From Candidatus Omnitrophota bacterium (GTDB taxonomy: Bacteria; Omnitrophota; Omnitrophia; Omnitrophales; Aquincolibacteriaceae): 64,000 bases of DNA. The stretch spans positions 3,854 through 67,853 of the forward strand of contig JAUYMS010000028.1 of NCBI GenBank assembly GCA_030698625.1, in the 5' to 3' direction. The notes beneath the pieces were generated by a model, which had not been told where the DNA came from, did not search any database, and saw nothing but the letters and a program-made list of their open reading frames with translations. The translations under genes were made by a program, and so were the position numbers. Positions 55,869 to 64,000 of the stretch are shown one piece after another (position 1 is the first letter of the stretch; every line of letters starts with the position of its first letter).

Positions 55869-56869
55869 ACAACATGGGAAAAGAAACGGTAGCAGTCATA
55901 GGCAGTAATTGTTTCACGGGAAGCCATGTCGTGGATCGTTTGCTGCAAGATAAGGATTTGAGGGGAATCGGTCTGAGCCGGTCGCCCGAAAAAAAGGACT
56001 TCTTCCTGCCATACAAGAGCCGGGCAGAGGCCGACTTCCAGTTCTTCCAAGTGGACTTAAATCGGCAGAGTGAGGAATTGATTCGTATTCTCGATGAGTT
56101 TGAACCGAGCACGGTGATCAATGTAGCGGCTTTAAGTGAAGTGGCACTTAGTAATTTTCAGCCTATGGACTACTTCGATACGAACACGATGGGGGTTGTG
56201 AAGTTGTGCAGCCAACTGCGCGAGCGCTCCTATTTGAAGAGGTATGTCCATATATCGTCTGCGGAAGTCTACGGCAGCTGTCCCGAACCGCTTTTGGAAT
56301 CAGCTCCGTTGAATCCTTCGACGCCGTACGCGGTTTCAAAGGCGGCCGGTGATATGTACCTGCAGACGCTCTACAAGAATTTTGATTTCCCTATGATGCT
56401 AATCCGGTCTACGAATGTCTACGGCCGGCACCAACAGCTTTTCAAGATCATCCCTCGAACGATTATTTATTTGAAGCAGGGGAAGACGCTCGAGCTTCAC
56501 GGCGGCGGAATGGCTGTGAAGACGTGGCTGCATATTCGCGATGTCTCCGAAGGGATTTACCAGGCGATGAAGAAGGGCAAGCCGGGGGAGATCTACCACT
56601 TTGCGGATGCGCACTCTTATACAATTCGGGATCTCGTGGAGCGCATCTGCCGGCTTATGGGCAAGGATTTCTCAGCGTGCACGAAAGACGTGGGCGAGCG
56701 TCTGGGGCAGGATGCGCGCTATGAGCTTGATTACGGAAAGGCGAAGCGGGAACTGGGGTGGCAACCGCGAGTTTCGTTCGAAGAGGGGTTGCGCGAGACC
56801 ATAGAGTGGCTGGAGAATGATCCGAATGAAATCGAAGGAGAGTCCTTGGTGTACGTTCACCAGGCTTAA
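55865..56869 (+). CDS. Extended-SDR sugar nucleotide dehydratase/epimerase with an atypical dinucleotide motif
   Basis: 'VAVIGSNCFTGSHVVDRL' replaces the canonical GGAGFIGS, while YxxxK is still present. Confidence 0.7.
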   Translation: MNNMGKETVAVIGSNCFTGSHVVDRLLQDKDLRGIGLSRSPEKKDFFLPYKSRAEADFQFFQVDLNRQSEELIRILDEFEPSTVINVAALSEVALSNFQPMDYFDTNTMGVVKLCSQLRERSYLKRYVHISSAEVYGSCPEPLLESAPLNPSTPYAVSKAAGDMYLQTLYKNFDFPMMLIRSTNVYGRHQQLFKIIPRTIIYLKQGKTLELHGGGMAVKTWLHIRDVSEGIYQAMKKGKPGEIYHFADAHSYTIRDLVERICRLMGKDFSACTKDVGERLGQDARYELDYGKAKRELGWQPRVSFEEGLRETIEWLENDPNEIEGESLVYVHQA

Positions 56870-56877
56870 GGAGCGTT

Positions 56878-57636
56878 ATGGAACTTGGTCTTGAAGGAAA
56901 AACGGCATTAATAGTGGGCGCAAGCCGCGGCATCGGACGGGCCGCAGCAATAACGCTCGCACAATACGGTGCGCAGATTACTGCGGTTGCCCGCTCGAAA
57001 GACGCACTGACCTCCCTGATCACAGGGCTTGGCGGAGAGGCCAAAGGACATTTGGGTATCGCCAAGGATCTCATGCCGGCAGAGGGTCCCGCAGAGATTC
57101 TCAGACAGTTGCAGGAAATGGGGCGCGACATCGACATTGTCATCCACTGTTTGGGCGGAACGCTCGGAGTCAAAGAACCGTTTTGTGACCCGGAGGCATG
57201 GCGCCGGGTTTTTCGTCTAAACCTTGATATTGCCGTAGAACTTAACCGTTATCTTATTCCGTTGATGCAGAAAAGAAAATGGGGCCGTGCCCTGCACGTC
57301 TCGTCAATCGCGGCAACGCTCACGCGAGGCTCTCTGGCATATTGTGCTGCAAAGGCTGCGTTGAATGCGTATGCGAGAAATCTCGGCTGCACGGTTGCCA
57401 GCGACGGTGTCGTGATTTCTGCTTTAATGCCGGGGGCGGTTCGATTCGACGATAATCCATGGGATAAGCTCTCAAAAGAGAAGCCCGAGCAGGCGGCGGC
57501 GTATCTGGAAGAGCGAATGGCGATCAAACGTTTTGCCAAGCCCGAGGAAATATCGGATTTTATTGCCTTTATGTGTTCCGAAAAGGCGGAGTTTGCGACG
57601 GGTGCCGTCGTGCCGATTGACGGGGGTTCGTGGTGA
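56878..57636 (+). CDS. Classical SDR oxidoreductase
   Basis: 'ALIVGASRGIGRAAA' motif. Confidence 0.75.
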   Translation: MELGLEGKTALIVGASRGIGRAAAITLAQYGAQITAVARSKDALTSLITGLGGEAKGHLGIAKDLMPAEGPAEILRQLQEMGRDIDIVIHCLGGTLGVKEPFCDPEAWRRVFRLNLDIAVELNRYLIPLMQKRKWGRALHVSSIAATLTRGSLAYCAAKAALNAYARNLGCTVASDGVVISALMPGAVRFDDNPWDKLSKEKPEQAAAYLEERMAIKRFAKPEEISDFIAFMCSEKAEFATGAVVPIDGGSW

Positions 57637-57655
57637 AGGTGTCTCTGTGGTGAAA

Positions 57656-58576
57656 ATGAAGACAAAACGGCAGCTGGGTATTTGCGACAGCCGCCTTGCA
57701 AGTTCAATACTTGGCGATTTTCTGATCTTGTTGGAGGAGCTCCAGATTAATTCGGCAATTCGTCAGATAGAGGCGCCGACTGATATTGCCATTCTCGGGG
57801 ATAATCCCGGATCGGATTTTCTCGCGATGGCGAAGGGTTTCAATGGAGTAGGGGAAATCTTTGTGCTTGCGTCCTATCGGGAACTCGAGGCCTTGATGGC
57901 CGAATCGGTCTATGAATACACTCCCTGGCCGGGGCTCGGCCCTGAGGGGGTATCGGGTTATCAATATGGCTATACGCTCTTCATCCAGGATTATTTCGGA
58001 AAGACGGGCGCAATTCCCTCGCTTGCACTCAAACCGGAATATCGCACTTGGGCGTGTGATTGGCTTAGGGAACAGGCCGGTTCCGTGAACACTATTGCCG
58101 TTCACCTGAAGAATAAGATCCGGCCTTCGGGGAAACCCGACTGGTACAACGCCCGGTTGGACGAATGGGAGACATTTTTTAGAACGATTCGCGGCCGTTA
58201 TGATGTGAAGTTCATCCTGGTTGGTAATGAAAGGGTGCCCGATGGGATTCGTAATCTCGAGAATATAATCGTGACGCACGAATGCGGCGGTACGATATTG
58301 AAAGACCTGGCTTTAATTGAGAACACACAGGCCTTTATGGGGGTTGCCAGCGGGCCCTGCCAGATGGCCATGTTTGGCCGACGGCCCTATGTTATTTTCA
58401 AGAACCCCGAACGGCATGTCGACCGGATGTTTGAAGAGCTCGGGAACCGGAATCAGTACGTTTTTGCTGCGCCCACGCAGAGATTTTTGCGGCGCTTCGA
58501 AACGAGTGCGACGTTGCTCGAAGAATTCGAAGCTGTTTATGCCGGCATTGAGACCACCGTTACACAAGGAAATTAA
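57656..58576 (+). CDS. Candidate GT9-like (heptosyltransferase family) glycosyltransferase
   Basis: C-terminal 'FMGVASGPCQMAMFGRRPYVIF' resembles the GT9 'DSGPMHLAAALG.P.VALFG' segment. Start chosen at ATG 57656. Confidence 0.45.
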   Translation: MKTKRQLGICDSRLASSILGDFLILLEELQINSAIRQIEAPTDIAILGDNPGSDFLAMAKGFNGVGEIFVLASYRELEALMAESVYEYTPWPGLGPEGVSGYQYGYTLFIQDYFGKTGAIPSLALKPEYRTWACDWLREQAGSVNTIAVHLKNKIRPSGKPDWYNARLDEWETFFRTIRGRYDVKFILVGNERVPDGIRNLENIIVTHECGGTILKDLALIENTQAFMGVASGPCQMAMFGRRPYVIFKNPERHVDRMFEELGNRNQYVFAAPTQRFLRRFETSATLLEEFEAVYAGIETTVTQGN

Positions 58577-58577
58577 T

Positions 58578-59426
58578 ATGACAAACAGTCAAGAAAAACG
58601 CTTTACCGATAAGGTCGTCGCAGTTACGGGTAGTGCTCGAGGCATCGGTAAGAACATTGCGGCTGCATTTGCCGGAGAAGGCGCCTTTGTTTTTATTTGC
58701 GATATAAACACGGAAATGGGGAAGGCGACCGAAGACGAGTTTCGCAATCGCGGTCTGGCCTGTGAGTACCTGAAAGTGGATTTAGCCAAGAGCGGTGCTG
58801 CGGCAAAAATGGTGCAAGAGATCGTAAAGCGGAAAGGCTGTTTGGATGTGCTCGTCAACAATGCGCGCTCACGGCATCGTGTTTCGATGCTGGAAGAGAC
58901 CGAAGAATCCTGGGAGCAAGGGATGGCCGTTACCCTCAAAGGGGCATTTTTCGCCTCCCAGGAAGCGATCCGGGTCATGTCCGAAAGGTCCGGCGGCAGC
59001 ATTGTCAACATCAGCTCGGTGATGGCGGAAATGACATGCCATGAATCGCCCGTTTATCACATTGCGAAGGCCGGCGTGTCGCATATGACCCGTTACTTTG
59101 CAACTCATGGATCACCGCTGGGCGTGCGCGTCAATGCGGTTGTGCCGGGTTTCATCGTCCAGGACGAAAATCGCGAACGTTACGCCGGAACAGATAACAA
59201 AAGTTACCGGGAGGTCGGCGAATTCACGCATCCGGTGCGCACCGTAGGCAAATCGGATGATGTCGCTTACGCCGTGCTTTTCCTTGCCTCGACCGAGTCG
59301 TGTTTTATCACGGGGCAATGCCTCGTCGTCGACGGCGGCGCGACATTGCAGGAACAAAACAGCTTGATACATCGGTTTTCAAAAACGGGGCATGAGGGAC
59401 TTGAGAAGGCGGGCAAACGCATATGA
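58578..59426 (+). CDS. Classical SDR oxidoreductase (FabG-like)
   Basis: 'VVAVTGSARGIGKNIA' motif and YxxxK. Confidence 0.75.
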   Translation: MTNSQEKRFTDKVVAVTGSARGIGKNIAAAFAGEGAFVFICDINTEMGKATEDEFRNRGLACEYLKVDLAKSGAAAKMVQEIVKRKGCLDVLVNNARSRHRVSMLEETEESWEQGMAVTLKGAFFASQEAIRVMSERSGGSIVNISSVMAEMTCHESPVYHIAKAGVSHMTRYFATHGSPLGVRVNAVVPGFIVQDENRERYAGTDNKSYREVGEFTHPVRTVGKSDDVAYAVLFLASTESCFITGQCLVVDGGATLQEQNSLIHRFSKTGHEGLEKAGKRI

Positions 59427-60106
59427 CGGAAACGGGCAGCAAAATCGGACGTGAAATTAATTTGATGGACCGGTATCCGAGAAGTAAGCGGCCGATCGAC
59501 GAGCGGGCAATGCTAATCACCGAAGAGCATCGAAAGATAGCTCGCCGCTTTGAAAAGGATTTTTTCGACGGCGACCGCCTCTATGGATATGGAGGATATC
59601 GTTACCACCCGCGTTTTTGGAAGGAAACCGTGATGCGCTTCCGCGACTTTTACGGTTTGAAGCCCGATGCGGCGGTACTGGACGTGGGATGCGGTAAAGG
59701 CTTTATGCTCCATGATTTTAAGGAGTTGATGCCCGATATGACGGTTGCGGGAATTGATGTTTCGGAATACGCCATCGAGAATGCGATGGAGACGATGAAG
59801 CCGTATGTGCGTGTGGGGAATGCTAAAGACTTGCCTTACGAAGAAAACTCCTTTGATTTGGTGATTTCGATTAATACGGTGCACAACCTGCCGCCGGAGG
59901 AATGTAAGCGATCGCTCAGGGAGCTCGCGAGAGTATCACGTGCCCATGCATTTATCATTGTCGATGCTTGGAGAAATGACGCCGAGAGAGACAGCATGAT
60001 GAAGTGGAATTTGACGGCACTTACCTACAGCCATGCCGATGACTGGAAGAAACTCTTCCGAGAGGCCGGATACGGCGGCGATTATTATTGGTTTATCGCC
60101 GAATGA
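59423..60106 (+). CDS. Class I SAM-dependent methyltransferase
   Basis: SAM motif I 'VLDVGCGKGFM'. Confidence 0.75.
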   Translation: MTETGSKIGREINLMDRYPRSKRPIDERAMLITEEHRKIARRFEKDFFDGDRLYGYGGYRYHPRFWKETVMRFRDFYGLKPDAAVLDVGCGKGFMLHDFKELMPDMTVAGIDVSEYAIENAMETMKPYVRVGNAKDLPYEENSFDLVISINTVHNLPPEECKRSLRELARVSRAHAFIIVDAWRNDAERDSMMKWNLTALTYSHADDWKKLFREAGYGGDYYWFIAE

Positions 60107-60116
60107 GCCGAGGAAA

Positions 60117-61937
60117 ATGACACAAACTACAGCAAATCCCAATATTTCGCACGAGGCACTCAAGGCTTACGGAGAGTTTATAGCCGGGCTCAAGATCCGC
60201 AGGCCCAAAGAGCTTGTTCTCATCAATCCGCAGCTTGTGCCGGAGGGGGCATTTGATCCGCTTGTGGCCCGTAACCGGGGCTATTATGCGTTCCCGCCGG
60301 TAGGCCTGTTATATATCGCGGCAGTTGCCAAGAAGGTGCACCCAGAACTCAAGGTGCGCATCGTCGATCTTAATCTTGAAGTCTTGCGCCGCGCTCAGCG
60401 GGACGATTTTCGCTATGATGTTTGGAAGGACATCATTGCCGATGTCTTGAATTCCTGTGAGGCCCCTCATGTGGGAGTGACATGCATGTTCGGTGCCACG
60501 AAACCCATATTTCTTGAAGTGACACGCTGGTTACGCGAAGAATTCCCCGACTATCCGATTTTAGCCGGGGGTGTTCAGGCGACCTACGATGCGGTCGAGC
60601 TTTTGGAAAGTAATTGCTGTGATCTTCTGTTTCGGAGAGAGGCCGAAGACCAGTTCTTAAATTATATGCTGAATTTACTCGGTGATGATTCGGTATTTCC
60701 TGTTGGGGCGCTCTTTCGCTTCGACGGAAAGACGTATGAACTCGGCCGTGCCGAGGGGGATCCTCCCGTCGACTGGGATATCAGTGAGTTCTACGAAATG
60801 ATTGATGTGAAGGACTATTACCTGTACGGATCGTTGGCAGCGTTTTCCCGGTATAACGGAGAAGACAAACCGTTCGCTACGGTGCTGACCAATCGGGGAT
60901 GTCGTGCCCGCTGTACTTTTTGCACGGTTCGCGATTTTAACGGGTTTGGTGTCCGCGGACGTCCTATCCAAAGTGTCATCGACGAAATAAAATTTCTTGT
61001 ATCCGAGAAGGGTGTAAAGCAGATTGACTGGTTGGATGATGATTTGCTTTGGGATCCGGCACGGGCCGTTGAACTCTTCAAAGGGTTAGCTGAACAGGTT
61101 CCCGGACTGGAATGGATCTGTAATAACGGGTTGATTTCGGCCGCGGTTACCGACGAGATCATGGAGTGGATGGTCAAATCAGGCCTCAGAGCATTTAAGA
61201 TTGGAATCGAATCGGGTAATGATGAGATGCTGCATAAGATCAAGAAGCCCACGACGAAGGTGAAGCTGCGGCAAGGGCGAGCCTTGTATAGAAAATACCC
61301 TGAGGTATTTGTGAGTGCCAACTTGATCGTGGGATTTCCGAATGAAACATTTTCGCAGATGCTCGACACATTCAATTTTGCCAATGAACTGAAATGGGAT
61401 TGGTCAAGTTTTTACATTTGCCAGCCGCTGAAGGGCACTGAGATGTTTTCCGCATTTCAGGCATTAGGAGATGACCGTACCGAGGTCGAAAGTTATGACA
61501 AGACGCTCAACCCGGGCCGCGCGGCGGCCCGAGGCGAATTCGGATACCGTTTCAAGGAGGGGGGAGAGGTGGTGGCGACCGGACGTGATGTGTTTAAGCT
61601 GCCGCCGGACTTGATCCCGAGCCAAGAGCAAAACAAGGAGATTTGGTTTGCGTTCAACTTGGTTGCCAATTTTTTGGAAAACTTCAATTTCGGGCCGGGG
61701 GGGAATCCAAAAAAAATCGTCAAATGGTTAGAGTCGATTGCTCATGCCTATCCGTACGATGCGTCGATGTGTGCCGGATTGGCGAAGGGTTATAGCCTCC
61801 TGGGCCGCGTGGATCGCGAGCGGTTTTACCGCGAAAAATTTATCGAGATCCTTCGGGAGTCGTCTTATTGGCAGAAGCGGACCAAGGAATTTCCGGAGCT
61901 TCTTGAAATGGCGGATGTGCCCGCGGTGATGTTGTGA
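60117..61937 (+). CDS. B12-binding domain radical SAM protein (second copy)
   Basis: 'NRGCRARCTFCTV' CxxxCxxC and an N-terminal B12-binding-like domain. Start at ATG 60117. Confidence 0.8.
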   Translation: MTQTTANPNISHEALKAYGEFIAGLKIRRPKELVLINPQLVPEGAFDPLVARNRGYYAFPPVGLLYIAAVAKKVHPELKVRIVDLNLEVLRRAQRDDFRYDVWKDIIADVLNSCEAPHVGVTCMFGATKPIFLEVTRWLREEFPDYPILAGGVQATYDAVELLESNCCDLLFRREAEDQFLNYMLNLLGDDSVFPVGALFRFDGKTYELGRAEGDPPVDWDISEFYEMIDVKDYYLYGSLAAFSRYNGEDKPFATVLTNRGCRARCTFCTVRDFNGFGVRGRPIQSVIDEIKFLVSEKGVKQIDWLDDDLLWDPARAVELFKGLAEQVPGLEWICNNGLISAAVTDEIMEWMVKSGLRAFKIGIESGNDEMLHKIKKPTTKVKLRQGRALYRKYPEVFVSANLIVGFPNETFSQMLDTFNFANELKWDWSSFYICQPLKGTEMFSAFQALGDDRTEVESYDKTLNPGRAAARGEFGYRFKEGGEVVATGRDVFKLPPDLIPSQEQNKEIWFAFNLVANFLENFNFGPGGNPKKIVKWLESIAHAYPYDASMCAGLAKGYSLLGRVDRERFYREKFIEILRESSYWQKRTKEFPELLEMADVPAVML

Positions 61938-62830
61938 CGGTAAAACATTTAGGCCGCATCGCGGTCATTGGGGCATCGGGACTGATCGGGAGCGCCGTGA
62001 TGCGGTATTTCGAAGGGCGCCGAGGAGTCGACGCCAGCGGGTACTCATCAACGGATATTGACCTGCGTAAAGCGGAGAGCGTAGAGATCCTCGGGCGACT
62101 TGCGGATGAGGATACGACGCTGCTTATCGTTTCCGGCGTAATTTCAGATAAGAGCGGTGACCATGTCGCCAATTTTGCGGCCAACGTAGAAATGGCCGTC
62201 CATGTGGCGAGTTTTCTGGAGAACCACCGGGTGCGCAAATGCGTTTATTTCGGCGCCTTTTCCGTTTACGGTGATCATCAAACGAACCTGGCGATAGACG
62301 AACAGACGGCGGTGTCTCCTTCGACCTATTATGCCTTGGGCAAATACGCGTCTGAGCGCTTGATTCAGAATGCGGCTCAAAACAGCGGAAGTCCTTTCCT
62401 GGGATTACGGATTTCACGCGTGTACGGCCCCGGAGTTCAATATGCCAGTTACGGACCGGCTGCCTTTATTCGATCGATTCTGGAGTCCGGGAGAGTTCAG
62501 ATATACGGTCAGGGGGAAGAGACGCGGGAGATGGTTTACTTGGACGATCTCTGCAGGGCTGTCGGCGGATTGTTGGAAGCCGATGGCGCTGGGATCTATA
62601 ATCTAACAAGCGGCAAGAGTCCAAACTTTTCACGTGTCCTGGAAATCATAAGAGACATCATTCCTGATCCCTTTGATGTGGAGAGCGTAAACAGGACACG
62701 CCCTCTTGTGGACCAGCGCTGTAGCGGCGAGAAGTTGAATTCTATAATGCCGAATTTCAGGTGGACATCTTTCGAGGATGGTTTGAAGGCGACTTATGAC
62801 TATTATGCGGGGATCCGTCATGTCGCGTGA
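61934..62830 (+). CDS. NAD(P)-dependent sugar epimerase/reductase (SDR)
   Basis: 'IAVIGASGLIGSAV' motif. GTG start overlapping the upstream TGA. Confidence 0.7.
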   Translation: MTVKHLGRIAVIGASGLIGSAVMRYFEGRRGVDASGYSSTDIDLRKAESVEILGRLADEDTTLLIVSGVISDKSGDHVANFAANVEMAVHVASFLENHRVRKCVYFGAFSVYGDHQTNLAIDEQTAVSPSTYYALGKYASERLIQNAAQNSGSPFLGLRISRVYGPGVQYASYGPAAFIRSILESGRVQIYGQGEETREMVYLDDLCRAVGGLLEADGAGIYNLTSGKSPNFSRVLEIIRDIIPDPFDVESVNRTRPLVDQRCSGEKLNSIMPNFRWTSFEDGLKATYDYYAGIRHVA

Positions 62831-63860
62831 AACAAAGGCCGCAGTATTATGTGAACTGGGGAAACCTTTGCAGTTGATGTCGCTTACACTTCCCTCGTTG
62901 AAGCCGGGGCAGGTTCTCGTCGAGATGGCTTACAGCGGCGTATGTCACACACAGCTTCTGGAGGCTCGCGGAAGGCGAGGGCTGGATCCGCATTTGCCGC
63001 ATACTCTGGGACATGAGGGCGCGGGAACGGTGTGTGAAATCGGGCCTGGGGTCGAGAAGGTGAAGCCCGGTGACCGCGTAGTCCTGACTTGGATTAAAGG
63101 GCAAGGACAGGATGTGCCGTCCACCCAGTATAAAAGTGACATGGGACGCGTGAATTCAGGCGCCATCAGTACATTTATGCGCCATACTGTTACGTGCGAA
63201 AATCGGCTGATTCCGATTCCGGAGACAATGCCGCTCAGGGAAGCTGCGCTGCTTGGCTGTGCCGTTCCCACCGGCAGCGGCATTATTCACAATGCGGCGC
63301 AGGTAAACAGTGGCAGCACGATCGCCGTTTTTGGAATCGGCGGTATCGGATTAAGCGTCATTCTGGCGGCAAAGGCAACTGCTCCTAAAATGCTGATTGC
63401 CGTCGATGTAGTCGACGCGAAGCTTCGGCATGCGACACAACTCGGGGCAACGCATGAAATTAATGCCGCCAAGGTTGAGGCGTTGGCGGTCCTGCGGGAA
63501 CTCACCGGAGGGCGGGGCGTCGACTATGCGATCGAAGCGGCCGGCCGGCGCGTGACAATGGAAACAGCCTTCTCTTCGGTAAGGGAGCAGGGCGGTTTAT
63601 GTGTTATTGCCGGAAATCTTCCGCACGGGGAACGGATATCGATTGACCCCTTTGATCTCATTAAGGGCAAGCGGGTGATCGGAACCTGGGGAGGGGAAAC
63701 CTCTCCGGATCGGGACATTCCGAAGTACGTTGAGCGTTATCTGGCGCGGGAATTAGATCTGGAATCACTCATTACCCATGAGTATTCGTTAGATCAAGCC
63801 AATCAGGCCCTAGACGATCTCGAAGAGGGAAAGGTCGGGCGGGGAATAATTAAATTTTAG
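62820..63860 (+). CDS. Zinc-dependent medium-chain alcohol dehydrogenase-family oxidoreductase
   Basis: 'GVCHTQL...GHEGAG' Zn-binding motifs and a 'GIGGIG' Rossmann fold. Confidence 0.8.
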   Translation: MSRETKAAVLCELGKPLQLMSLTLPSLKPGQVLVEMAYSGVCHTQLLEARGRRGLDPHLPHTLGHEGAGTVCEIGPGVEKVKPGDRVVLTWIKGQGQDVPSTQYKSDMGRVNSGAISTFMRHTVTCENRLIPIPETMPLREAALLGCAVPTGSGIIHNAAQVNSGSTIAVFGIGGIGLSVILAAKATAPKMLIAVDVVDAKLRHATQLGATHEINAAKVEALAVLRELTGGRGVDYAIEAAGRRVTMETAFSSVREQGGLCVIAGNLPHGERISIDPFDLIKGKRVIGTWGGETSPDRDIPKYVERYLARELDLESLITHEYSLDQANQALDDLEEGKVGRGIIKF

Positions 63861-63873
63861 GCGGATATTGTTT

Positions 63874-64000
63874 GTGACTTATCAATCGAGTCCAGAAATT
63901 TCTTTTATAGTTCCGTGTTACAACGAAGCGGGTAATATTGCTTCGACGCTGGAAACAATTATGACATTCATGAAAGATCATGATTGTTTGTATGAAATCC
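63874..64000 (+). CDS. GT2 glycosyltransferase, 5' fragment that continues beyond the window end
   Basis: Manual translation gives 'SFIVPCYNEAGNIASTLETI', the classic GT2 N-terminus. GTG start at 63874. Confidence 0.5.
   Translation, partial: MTYQSSPEISFIVPCYNEAGNIASTLETIMTFMKDHDCLYEI

Noticed and set aside
56655-57173. 172-aa minus-strand ORF spanning the epimerase/SDR junction
   Set aside because: Pro/Ala/Ser-rich shadow frame. Both + strand genes have clear Rossmann motifs.
60818-61384. 188-aa minus-strand ORF inside the second radical SAM gene
   Set aside because: No motif and Ser-rich low-complexity translation. The + strand CxxxCxxC gene accounts for the region.
1-64000. CRISPR arrays, rRNA or tRNA genes, insertion sequences
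   Set aside because: Intergenic space is minimal, with largest gaps of about 120 to 210 bp. No regularly spaced direct repeats, no tRNA-like cloverleaf segments, and no transposase or integrase ORFs were seen.

Overview
The window is almost entirely coding (about 60 genes, mostly translationally coupled by ATGA/GTGA overlaps) and appears to be a single very large glycan-biosynthesis and glycosylation island from a roughly 53% GC bacterium. There are five transcription blocks: 1..13559 (+), 13527..17252 (-), 17441..39882 (+), 39839..43368 (-) and 43460..64000 (+). I found no rRNA, tRNA, CRISPR, transposase or integrase. Recognisable content: (i) two lipid-carrier-type periplasmic glycosylation modules (GT2 polyprenyl-P-sugar synthase plus YfhO-family and PMT/ArnT-like GT-C proteins); (ii) a UDP-amino-uronic acid branch (UDP-sugar 6-dehydrogenase, Gfo/Idh/MocA 3-dehydrogenase, AsnB-like amidotransferase, DegT aminotransferases); (iii) a complete GDP-D-glycero-alpha-D-manno-heptose operon (transaldolase, GmhA, HddA, GmhB, HddC) on the minus strand, plus a second heptose route (reversed-order HldE-like fusion, second GmhA, GT9-like transferase); (iv) a complete pseudaminic acid pathway (PseB, PseC, fused PseG-PseH, PseI, PseF) with HisH/HisF/PP-loop amidotransferase acetamidino machinery as in the Campylobacter flagellin-glycosylation locus, interrupted by an FkbH/ACP/dehydratase-reductase cassette; (v) decoration enzymes: three paralogous Zn-ribbon methyltransferases, three paralogous membrane-anchored SGNH hydrolases, two B12-binding radical SAM enzymes, a TPP E1alpha/E1beta pair flanking an FAD oxidase, and many SDR epimerases/reductases; (vi) a Wzx-like flippase and an excisionase-family HTH gene heading the pse operon behind a phased TGACA repeat array and a strong sigma70-like promoter. 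All functional calls rest on motif and family recognition by eye, with no database search run. Not seen in the window: an initiating phosphoglycosyltransferase, Wzy, Wzz or ABC exporter.
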